A DNA stretch of 64,000 nucleotides from an uncultured Gammaproteobacteria bacterium (GTDB taxonomy: Bacteria > Pseudomonadota > Gammaproteobacteria > SZUA-140): positions 14,402 through 78,401 of the forward strand of contig CALZHD010000012.1 in assembly GCA_945787155.1 (NCBI GenBank). Reading direction: 5' to 3'. The stretch's first letter is position 1, and the number at the start of each line of letters is the position of its first letter. The translations under genes were made by a program, and so were the position numbers. Positions 28,959-37,738 of the stretch are shown here, piece by piece. Below the pieces are notes generated by a model that saw only the letters and a program-made list of their open reading frames with translations, was not told the origin of the DNA and made no database searches.

Positions 28959-29009
28959 ATAGCCTATCAATGCCAATATCAACTTAGGTTTAACGAATGG
29001 GGAATAACG

Positions 29010-29537
29010 ATGACGTCACAAAGCGACAAACAGAGCAATAACAATGACAACCTCACCCAAGGCTACGAAAAGTTACTTAAAAGAGTGGAGAAAACACTCT
29101 CTTCTGTCACCGAGCATACTGAAGATACTTTAAGCCAAGCGCTCGGCAAGGCGAAAGAGAGGGCAATTGAACTGGAGGAGTTAACGCAGGAAGAGGCGGA
29201 TAAAGTACATGAGTTCGTTACCCGCGACCTCTATTCTGCCGGGTTGCATCTGGTAGAAGAAGAGAGAGACGTCGCCGATTGGCTTCGCCTTAACCTGTTA
29301 CTTATTGAAAAAAAATTATTGCACCGGTTCACTGCGCTTTCACAGGCAGCGAAGTTGGAGCTTAATCACCTGAATAAGGCCAAACAAAGATTTGATGAGT
29401 GGCAAACCGGAGAGGTAACGACCATTGGCACACTCTCATGTAAAAGCTGCGGCGAACAGATTCAATTTAAACACACTGGCCGCATCCCCCCCTGCCCGAA
29501 ATGCCATGCAACCCTTTTCGAGCGGGTAAAGAGTTAA
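29010..29537 (+). CDS. Zinc-ribbon-containing protein (DUF1451-like)
   Basis: Helical N-terminus, then WQTGEVTTIGTLSCKSCG...IPPCPKCHATLFER. Confidence 0.8.
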   Translation: MTSQSDKQSNNNDNLTQGYEKLLKRVEKTLSSVTEHTEDTLSQALGKAKERAIELEELTQEEADKVHEFVTRDLYSAGLHLVEEERDVADWLRLNLLLIEKKLLHRFTALSQAAKLELNHLNKAKQRFDEWQTGEVTTIGTLSCKSCGEQIQFKHTGRIPPCPKCHATLFERVKS

Positions 29538-29545
29538 ACTCAATA

Positions 29546-29580
29546 CACAAAGAACCTCGCTTAATGCGGGGTTCTTTGTG
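29546..29580. terminator. Bidirectional terminator between convergent genes
   Basis: CACAAAGAACCTCGC-TTAAT-GCGGGGTTCTTTGTG, 15-bp stem with one wobble/mismatch. Confidence 0.85.
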
Positions 29581-29587
29581 ATAAGCG

Positions 29588-30083
29588 CTATTCGATCTTA
29601 ATGTTGCGCCGCTTGGTTTCTTCCATCTTGGGCAAAGTCAGCTCAAGCAAGCCATCTTTAAATTTAGCCACTGTATCTGAGGTGTTCACGTTTGCAGGCA
29701 AACGTAGGGTGCGGGTAAACTCCCCCGTACTCAGTTCACGATGTTGATATTCACCTTCTTCTTTCACCTCTTCATGCTTGGTTGAGGCTTTGATGGTCAG
29801 TGTATCATCGGAGACGGTGACCTCCAGGTCGTCCTTACTCACACCCGGTAACTCAGCCTTAACCACCACCTCCTTATCCCGATCAATCACATCCACCCTG
29901 GGTGTGCGCCCCTCAAAGGCGGGTTTGAAATCCGGCCAGGGCGAACGAAGACGAAACGGGCTCATCCAACCACCACGATCGAAAAATTGCCCCATCATCT
30001 GCTCCATCTCGTCGAATGGAGACATAACCCGCTGGTTTTGTCTCTTTTGAAACGGACACCTCTTTTTTATCATCGTCAGACAT
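29588..30083 (-). pseudogene. Third Hsp20, frameshifted near the N-terminus
   Basis: AAGGAG RBS precedes ATG 30083 (MSDDDKKEVSVSKETKPA), which is out of frame with the body (RVMSPFDEMEQ...PRVDVID...AELPGV...GEFTRTLRLP...DGLLELTLPK). Shift near 30028-30033. Confidence 0.75.
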
Positions 30084-30149
30084 ATTGTTCTCCTTTTCTA
30101 TTGAATAAGAACTACTCCAAATTAATTATAGCTATCGCCAGGGTTTTAG

Positions 30150-31612
30150 CTACCGCCAACTCAGCACCACGTAGCGCGACATACCTCGATCACTTACCAA
30201 TAGTAGTACACGCTTGTCGCCACTGCGCTTTTTTACCGCCCGCTGGAAGTCTGCAATGGAATTCACGTCCATCTTATTTACCTGAAGAATCACAGTACCG
30301 TTACGTATACCTGCCATGGCGGCGACTGAGCCCGGTTTTACCTCTGTTACGACGACACCCTGGCCCGCCTTGGCATCGAACTGACGCGCCAGGTCAGCTG
30401 TTAGGGTTTGCACTGTCAAACCCAGCTCATCGGCGGTTCCAGTTGACGCACTGGCAGCCACCTGACCGTCTTCCAGGGTCCCTATATTGACGTTAATCAC
30501 CTTGCGTTTTCCGTTACGAATGACCGTAAGATTAGAAGCCGTACCCGGAGGGGTCAGTGCAACACGGTTGCGAAAATCGGCCACCTCGGTGATTTTTTCG
30601 CCCTGATAACGCACAATCAGGTCACCGACCTTCAACCCCGCCTTTTCTGCCGGTGAGTCTTCAGACACCTGGGCCACCAAAATGCCTTTCTTCTCATCAA
30701 TATCAAATGACTCCGCCAATTCGGGCGTCATATTCTGGATCACGATGCCGAGATAACCACGCGTGACTTCGCCACTGTCGATCAGTTGATCAGCAATGTT
30801 TTTAGCCAGATTGACGGGAATAGCGAAACCGACCCCCATGTAACCGCCACTACGGGAGAAGATAGCCGTGTTGATACCGACCACCTCGCCATCCAGGTTC
30901 AGCAAAGGACCGCCGGAGTTACCAGGGTTAATGGCTGCGTCGGTCTGAATAAAATCTTCATAGTCATTGATGCCCAATCCACTACGCCCCTTTGCGCTCA
31001 CAACCCCCACCGTCAGGGTGTGGCTCAAACCGAAGGGATTACCCACGGCCACGACCCATTCGCCGACTTCGAGATTGGCGGAGTTGCCCATGGGCAGTGC
31101 CAGATGCTCGCTATCCTCTATTTCCAGTATGGCGATATCGGATTTAGGGTCGGCGCCGGTTATCTTGGCCTCTAACTCCCGCCCATCCTGGAAGGTAACG
31201 CGAATCTTATCTGCGCCTTCCACCACATGATTATTGGTCAGGATGTAACTGGTATCCGACAACATCCCCTTATCAATCTTAAAGACAAAACCTGAGCCTT
31301 GCCCCATCACCCGGCGTTCCGGCTGATGCTGACGTTGATTGGGAAAACCGGGGAAACGGTCGCCAAAGAAACGTTTAATAAATCATCACCAAAGGGGGAC
31401 TGAAATGGCGAGAAAGGAATGCCCTTCTGTACGCTCTCCACCTGAATAAACACCACCGAAGGTGAGACCTCCCTGGCAACCGAGGCAAAGGCCTTGCTGG
31501 TCTGACGTAGGTTGGCGATCCCCCCATCCTCGACAGCGTGAAGAGGCGCGCTCAACAAAGGAAAACACAACAAAAAAGGAAGAAAAAACAATAATTTCCT
31601 ATGCGACATCAC
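30150..31612 (-). pseudogene. degP: DegP/DegQ serine endoprotease with two PDZ domains, frameshifted
   Basis: Signal peptide and VSPSVVFI in ORF 31307-31612; GQGSGF, TNNHV, SDIA and GNSGG in ORF 30150-31310. One added base near 31374-31383 restores …DDLFKRFFGDRFPG…. Confidence 0.85.
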
Positions 31613-31727
31613 AATAAACTCCTAATCCGTAGCCAGTCTAAAGTTACACAAAATTTTTTAATTTTTCCGACAGCTGCTTTGTTTTTATTGCAGTTAAAAA
31701 GTTCCAACTACCTCGATAATTTTATTC

Positions 31728-31754
31728 ATAGGGATTATTTTCAGGTATTTCAAC
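31728..31754 (-). promoter_or_regulatory. Sigma32-like promoter of degP
   Basis: Minus strand GTTGAA-15 nt-CCCTAT. Confidence 0.55.
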
Positions 31755-31815
31755 GGGAATAATTTAGCCTGAACTTTTCTGTTTTAGGCCGGTCATTAAT
31801 TTCGAAAAGATAGGG

Positions 31816-31839
31816 GTTGAAAACAAAAAAATCGCCCAT
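31816..31839 (+). promoter_or_regulatory. Sigma32-like promoter of the Gld-like ABC operon
   Basis: GTTGAA-12 nt-GCCCAT. The spacer is one short of consensus but contains an A7 run. Confidence 0.5.
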
Positions 31840-32005
31840 AACTTTCATCAAACTTACATTCTGTTCAATGGAGGGGGCTGTTCCCCGGACACATATAAAG
31901 GAGATTTGAACGCCATGTTAACGCTCTATCCCTCAGTTTTTCTCGGTCGTATACAACGCCTCTATAAATCTTAATTTATTCATTGTTTTTGATTGGAGGT
32001 GCTCC

Positions 32006-32191
32006 ATGCGTCCATTTGATAACAAGCCTGGCCAGCCATTCCAAAAGGCGGGCACGACTGCGTCCGGCAGCCTGGCCGTCGCACAATTTTTAAGCCACTC
32101 AGTCCAATATTTCAATCTACCGGCAGAGGGCTTAACTCAACTCAAACATAGTCAAAAAAAGATCAACAATCCAAGGAGTAATCATGATTAA
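32006..32191 (+). CDS. Candidate 61-aa protein of unknown function
   Basis: GGAGG RBS 6 nt before the ATG; stop overlaps the start of the ABC ATPase. No family recognised. Confidence 0.35.
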   Translation: MRPFDNKPGQPFQKAGTTASGSLAVAQFLSHSVQYFNLPAEGLTQLKHSQKKINNPRSNHD

Positions 32192-33128
32192 GATTGACAA
32201 CCTTAAACGTGCCTACGGTGACTTTATGGCCGTCGATAACGTCAGCTTTTCCATTGAGAAAGGCGAGATCGTCGGCCTACTGGGTCACAATGGTGCAGGT
32301 AAAACCACCATTATGAAGATGCTTAGCGGCTACCTGGAACCCAGCGCTGGAAGCATTGAAATTGATGAGATGGATATCGCCAAACAACGTAGTGCAGTGC
32401 AACAGCGCATCGGTTATCTGCCTGAGTCATTACCCATCTATCCTGAAATGAGTGTGGCGGACTATCTCGACTACGCCGCCAGACTCAAAGGCCTCAGCGG
32501 TGATGAAGCAAGAAATGAAATTCGCCGTGCCGTTAAGGCCACCGATATCAGCGTAAAACTGTTAGCCCCCATTGCCACACTGTCTCGGGGATACAAGCAA
32601 CGCGTTGGCGTCGCACAGGCCATATTGGGCACTCCTAAACTACTCATTCTTGACGAACCCACCAATGGACTTGATCCCACCCAAACACAGCTGATGCGCG
32701 AGTTAATCAAAGAGATTGCCAAGGATGCCACAGTCATCCTCTCCACTCATATCATGCAAGAGGTGGATGCACTGTGTGACCGGGTATTGATTATGCGTGC
32801 GGGTGAGCTGGCAGTAGATGCTAAGTTAGCCACGCTGCGTCAAAGCAAAAACTTGCTACTTCATACCAACCTTAGCGATATAAAACGATTAGCCAGTCAA
32901 CCTGGCATTGAAAAGGTCGAAGCAATAGACGGACATGATAACTACTGCTATCGCTTGCAGTTAAAAGAGGTGTTAGATGCTAGCGGTGTTGCTAATACCT
33001 TGGCAAAAACCTTGATCGAAAATGGTCACGATATTTATGAATTAAAACGCGAACAACGTGACCTGGAGAGCGTCTTCCGCGAAGTCAATGAACAATCGAA
33101 TCAGCAGGAGGTGAGCCATGCCGCTTGA
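32184..33128 (+). CDS. ABC transporter ATP-binding protein (GldA-like)
   Basis: GHNGAGKTT, LSRGYKQRVG, LILDEPTNGLDP, STH. Confidence 0.92.
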   Translation: MIKIDNLKRAYGDFMAVDNVSFSIEKGEIVGLLGHNGAGKTTIMKMLSGYLEPSAGSIEIDEMDIAKQRSAVQQRIGYLPESLPIYPEMSVADYLDYAARLKGLSGDEARNEIRRAVKATDISVKLLAPIATLSRGYKQRVGVAQAILGTPKLLILDEPTNGLDPTQTQLMRELIKEIAKDATVILSTHIMQEVDALCDRVLIMRAGELAVDAKLATLRQSKNLLLHTNLSDIKRLASQPGIEKVEAIDGHDNYCYRLQLKEVLDASGVANTLAKTLIENGHDIYELKREQRDLESVFREVNEQSNQQEVSHAA

Positions 33129-36000
33129 TACCACCATGCGACGCATCACGGCCAAAGAACTGACACTATTTTTCAGCTCGCCGGTCGCCTACCTATTTCT
33201 TGGCACCTTTGCGGCAATCACGCTGTTTATCTTCTTCTGGGGCGAAACCTTCTTTGCCCGAAATATTGCCGATGTGCGCCCGCTGTTTGAGTGGATGCCG
33301 GTTCTACTGATTTTTCTCACCAGTGCGCTGACCATGCGTATGTGGAGTGAAGAGCGTCGTAGCGGCACACTGGAACATGTACTCACTCAACCGCTAGCCA
33401 TCTGGCGATTTGTGGTTGCCAAGTTTCTCGCCTGCTTTGCCCTATTGGCGATTGCATTGATTGTTACCTTGCCGCTGCCTATTACCGTTTCCTTAATTGG
33501 CGATCTGGATTGGGGGCCGGTGTGGAGCGGTTATCTCGCCACGCTACTATTGGGTGCGGCCTATCTCGCTGTTGGACTGTTTGTGTCTGCCCGGAGTGAC
33601 AATCAAATCGTCAGTTTGATTAGCGCCACCGCCGTGTGTGGATTGTTGTATCTAGTCGGTGCGCCTGCGATTACTGATTTTTTTGGCAATCAGGCCGGTG
33701 AGTGGCTACGTTCATTAGGGACTGGCGCACGCTTTGATGACATCACCCGTGGCGTGATTGATCTGCGTGATTTTGTTTATTACCTCAGCCTCATCGCCAT
33801 CTTCCTTAGCCTAAACACCTTCAGCCTGGAGAAAGAGCGCTGGGCTGCAACGGGTGACAAAGGCCATCATCGCAACTGGCGTATTGGTAGCACCTTGCTG
33901 ATCGCAAATGCCATTGCCATCAACCTGTGGCTTGGGCAGATCAATGTTCTGCGTATGGATACCACTGAAGGCAAGCTCTACTCCATCTCTGATGCTACGC
34001 GAGGCTACCTCAATCAACTCCAGGAACCGCTGTTGATTCGCGGTTATTTCAGCAGCAAAACCCACCCTCTACTCTCGCCTCTAGTACCCCAGGTGCGTAA
34101 TCTGATTAGTGAATATGAGGTTGCGGGTAATGGACATGTGCGGATTGAATTTATCGACCCCATGAATGATCCGGAGCAAGAGGAGCTAGCCAACCAGAAA
34201 TACGGTATTCAACCCGTCCCTTTTCAGGTGGCAGACCGTTACCAGGCCTCGCTGGTAAACTCTTACTTCAACATACTGGTGGAGTACGGTGACGAGTTCC
34301 AGGTCTTAGGCTTCCGTGACCTAATCGAGGTTAAGTCGCAAAGCGAAGCAGATATCGATGTTCAACTACGTAACCCGGAGTACGACATCACCCGCGCGGT
34401 CAAGAAAGTACTGTTGGCCTATCAATCTGGTGGCAATTTATTTGATACCGTAAAAGGTGATCTGGATTTTACAGCGTATATTTCCGCCGATGAAAAACTG
34501 CCTCAACAGCTGGCAGACTTCAAGAATGAAGTTAACAAAGTAGTGGGTGAAGTCAAGGCGCAAGCCAATGGCCGCCTGAACGTCACGTTTATTGAACCCG
34601 AATCTAATGGCGGGCAAGTGGCACAACAGATTCTCTCCGACTACGGTTTTCAACCCATGGTCGCCAGCCTGTTTGATGCCAATCAATTTTATTTCTACCT
34701 AACCCTCAAACAAGGTGAGCAAGTGGTGCAGATCCCATTGGGGGACTTCAGCGCAGCTAACTTTGAATTGGCCCTGGAATCGGGCATCAAACGTTTTGCC
34801 AGCGGCTTCACCAAAACGGTCGCCTTTGTTGCGCCCACAGTCGATCCTCAAATGGCGCGCTTTGGAATGGGCGGTCCGCAGTTCAGTCAGCTGGAACAGG
34901 TATTGGGTGCCGACCTCAACGTGAAACGAGAAGATCTTAGTGATGGTCGTATCGACAGCGAAGCCGATGTATTGTTGTTAGCCGCGCCTAAGAACCTTGA
35001 CGAGAAACAGCTCTTTGCCGTGGATCAATTTCTGATGCGCGGCGGCACGGTGATTGCCGCCACATCACCTTTCAGCGCTGATCTGAGCCGTAATAACCTC
35101 AATATGCAGCCCCATAGCAGCGGTCTGGAGCAATGGATGCAGCACCATGGCCTGAAGATTGATGATCAGCTACTGTTAGACTCACAAAACAGCGCCTTTC
35201 CGCTACCAGTGACGCGTCAGGCGGGTGCCTTCCGCTTTCAGGAGATGCGGATGGTTGACTACCCTTACTTTGCTGATCTACGTGGTGAGGGTTTAAATCA
35301 GACCAATCCTATCACCAGCGGCCTTAACCAGTTGAGCATGACCTGGGCATCTCCCATTGTCGTGAACAGTGAAAAAAACAGGGCGCGTCAAATTACCGAG
35401 CTATTGCACAGTTCGAATCAGGCATGACTTTCCAGTTCGCTTAACGTCACACCGAAAATTGACAGCACAGGTCGTAGTACTTTCCCTCCATCAGGAAATA
35501 AAGATCGCTATCTACTTGGCGCAATTACGCAAGGTCGCTTTAGCTCCTACTTTTCAGGTCAAGCGTCACCTTTACTAGCCAGTGATACGGAAGCGACAGT
35601 CGACACTAACAATGAAACGGACATCAATAAGGAGAATATCATTAGCAGTGTCATCGAACACTCACCTGAATCGGCTCGCCTTATACTGTTCGCCTCCAAT
35701 GACTTCCTCAATGACCAGGTCATACAGTTAGCGGGAGCCAACACAGGTAGTCAGTACCTTAATAGCCTGCAACTGATGGCCAATACGGTTGACTGGTCTC
35801 TAGAAGAGCAAGGTCTGCTCAGCATCCGATCCCGAGGGCACTTTAATCGCACCCTGCCCCCTATGGAACAGGATCAACAACTCTACTGGGAAAGCGGTAA
35901 CTATGTCGTAGCCGCTTCAATGCTAACGGCATTGGCAGTGTTGGTGAGTTATCGACGCAAACATAAAGCCAAACGTTATTTTGAAGAATTGAACGCTTAA
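33118..36000 (+). pseudogene. GldF-GldG-like permease/auxiliary fusion, interrupted by an in-frame TGA
   Basis: KELTLFFSSPVAY, MRMWSEERRSGTLE and RMDTTEGKLYSIS motifs. After TGA 35425-35427 the same frame stays open to TAA 36000 (LSSSLNV...ILFASNDFL...ANTVDWSLEEQGLLSIRSRG...TM). Confidence 0.85.
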
Positions 36001-36013
36001 GGGAGGCAAATTA

Positions 36014-37003
36014 ATGAATCGTTTTAATCAATTCCTGGCTGTTACCCTGTCAGTGCAAATCGTCATTGCAGGGGGGATCTATTTCGACAACCAGGCATCA
36101 ACAGCAGATCAAACACAGATGGCCCTACTCAGCACTGAAAAAAGCCAGATCAACCAGATAACCATTGAAGACAGCGATGGCAAACAGACCGTGTTGAGTA
36201 AAATAGAAGGAAAGTGGCTGCTGCCTGACTATCACCAGCTGCCAGCAAATCAGAGCAAGGTGCTCGATATGCTCAATACACTTGAGACCACCAAAAGTGG
36301 CTGGCCTGTGGCCACCACTGAATCCGGTCGTGAACGTTTTGAAGTCGCTGATAAAAACTTTCAAAAGCGAGTGGTGTTAAGCCAGGATGATGAAAAACTT
36401 CAAACACTCTACCTTGGAACATCACCCGGCTTTCGCCAACTGCATGTGCGCCGAGCTAATGAAGAGGAAGCCTATGCAGTCAAACTCAACAGCCACGACT
36501 TTCCCTCCGAAAACAATAACTGGCTGGATCAAACGCTGCTGCAACCCAAAGGAGATATCACCAGCTTGGAAGGGCCAGACTACGCCTTTATCAAGCAAGC
36601 GGGGCAATGGCAACCGAGTGCGGAAGAAGGTAAGGCTGTGAGTGATGAGATAGAAAAGATCACTAACACCCTCACCCATATCAACATTCAAGGCGCAGAG
36701 GAAAAAACAGAGCATGAAGCCGCCTACCAACTCACCGTAAAAGCGGCAGGCGATACACTCAACTATCATTTTTTCAAAGACGATGAAAACTATTATCTCA
36801 GTCGAGATGATTATGCTCAGGCTTTTAAAATCAACCAGTCGGATTACGATAAAATTACGGGGCAAACCGCAATGCAGTTAATCAAACCTGTCGAGGCTGA
36901 AGAGCTGAGCACCATCGTTGACAGTGAAAATAATGAGGCAGGAAATCAGAATCTAAACAAATCTAGCTCAGAACAGGAGACAACAAAAAACAAAAACAGT
37001 TAA
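36014..37003 (+). CDS. DUF4340 domain protein
   Basis: N-terminal TM, WLLPDYHQLPAN, RFEVA, LYLGTSPGFRQLHVR, NWLDQTLL. Usual partner of Gld-like ABC operons. Confidence 0.82.
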   Translation: MNRFNQFLAVTLSVQIVIAGGIYFDNQASTADQTQMALLSTEKSQINQITIEDSDGKQTVLSKIEGKWLLPDYHQLPANQSKVLDMLNTLETTKSGWPVATTESGRERFEVADKNFQKRVVLSQDDEKLQTLYLGTSPGFRQLHVRRANEEEAYAVKLNSHDFPSENNNWLDQTLLQPKGDITSLEGPDYAFIKQAGQWQPSAEEGKAVSDEIEKITNTLTHINIQGAEEKTEHEAAYQLTVKAAGDTLNYHFFKDDENYYLSRDDYAQAFKINQSDYDKITGQTAMQLIKPVEAEELSTIVDSENNEAGNQNLNKSSSEQETTKNKNS

Positions 37004-37026
37004 ATCAAAAATGTTTAGTTTCACCC

Positions 37027-37051
37027 GCTGGGGCGTATTTTCCGCCCCAGC
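37027..37051 (+). terminator. GC-rich hairpin after the DUF4340 gene
   Basis: GCTGGGGCG-(7 nt)-CGCCCCAGC; weak U-tract. Confidence 0.55.
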
Positions 37052-37328
37052 TATTCAAGTAAACGTAGCGCCTATCCCCCGAGGTAAATGCTTCGCACTG
37101 CACTAGGACCATGACGTAATAGCAAGCGGTTTCTATTTGTAGAAAAGCGCTTAAGTGCTTCTCTTAAGCAGACTGTATTCCCAATATAGATATCCATCTA
37201 AAATAGTGACGTTGATTTATCCAACACCTCAGTATAGATAGTTGATCACCTTCCTTAGTTGTAGCATTCTACCCGGCGGGTTCGATTACCCCTGACTCAC
37301 TAAACACCACCCTTCAAACTCCAGACAT

Positions 37329-37354
37329 AAAAAACCGAGCTCAAACAATCGGTT
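37329..37354 (-). terminator. Terminator following the internal tRNA-end copy
   Basis: Minus strand AACCGA-(10 nt)-TCGGTT-TTTT. Confidence 0.55.
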
Positions 37355-37363
37355 ATCTTATAA

Positions 37364-37460
37364 TGGCGTCCCCAAGGGGATTGACTCAGGCCATCCATGG
37401 CCTTCGCCCTTCGGGCAGCCTTCGGCTGTCCAAATTTGCTTCCCGCAAATTTGTCGAACC
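37364..37460 (-). repeat. Copy of the tRNA-Glu 3' end with a 72-nt four-hairpin insertion in the T-loop
   Basis: TGGCGTCCCCAAGGGGATT (37364-37382) is identical to 37535-37553; then a 72-nt insert; then CGAACC (37455-37460) resumes the T-loop. Confidence 0.85.
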
Positions 37461-37495
37461 TAAGGGGGGCGAGATAACCCTTAAAAACAACAAAT

Positions 37496-37529
37496 AAAAA
37501 ACCCCCGGCGCTATCGCACCGGGGGTTTT
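37496..37529 (-). terminator. Intrinsic terminator of the tRNA transcript
   Basis: Minus strand AAAACCCCCGG-(10 nt)-CCGGGGGTTTTT. Confidence 0.85.
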
Positions 37530-37534
37530 GTATT

Positions 37535-37611
37535 TGGCGTCCCCAAGGGGATTCGAACCCCTGTTACCGCCGTGAAAGGGCGGTGTCCTAGGCCGTCTAG
37601 ACGATGGGGAC
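37535..37611 (-). tRNA. tRNA-Glu (TTC)
   Basis: GTCCCCATCGTCTAGACGGCCTAGGACACCGCCCTTTCACGGCGGTAACAGGGGTTCGAATCCCCTTGGGGACGCCA, with encoded CCA. Confidence 0.97.
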
Positions 37612-37662
37612 GGATAGGCACTTCTCGTTTCGCTGATTTGCTAAGATCCGGATTACAGAATC

Positions 37663-37738
37663 TGGTGGAGCTAGGCGGGATCGAACCGCCGACCTCTACA
37701 CTGCCAGTGTAGCGCTCTCCCAGCTGAGCTATAGCCCC
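37663..37738 (-). tRNA. tRNA-Ala (GGC)
   Basis: GGGGCTATAGCTCAGCTGGGAGAGCGCTACACTGGCAGTGTAGAGGTCGGCGGTTCGATCCCGCCTAGCTCCACCA. Confidence 0.97.

Larger units (their letters stand above)
26071..37551. mobile_element. Genomic island integrated at the tRNA-Glu(TTC) 3' end, no integrase visible
   Basis: Bounded by 61-bp direct repeats 11,420 bp apart, one overlapping the intact tRNA-Glu. Cargo: GGDEF, three Hsp20, DegP, Gld-like ABC system. Confidence 0.75.

Noticed and set aside
27793-31612. Known locus of heat resistance (LHR/tLST)
   Set aside because: No ClpG/ClpK, thioredoxin, KefB or HtpX-like genes; gene content and order differ.
35425-35427. Selenocysteine or genome-wide TGA=Trp recoding
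   Set aside because: Many genes here end in TGA, TGG is used for Trp throughout, the context is not a redox Cys position, and I see no SECIS-like hairpin after the codon.
32184-37003. Gliding motility machinery
   Set aside because: The Gld names reflect family similarity only; no GldJ/K/L/M/N or T9SS genes are present.
37128-37146. TTTCTA-TTTG-TAGAAA hairpin resembling a Cas12a repeat
   Set aside because: Single short copy with no spacers or cas genes; chance resemblance.
37275-37292. Plus-strand GGGTTCGATT, T-loop-like
   Set aside because: Flanks do not form a T-stem or acceptor stem; no cloverleaf can be built.
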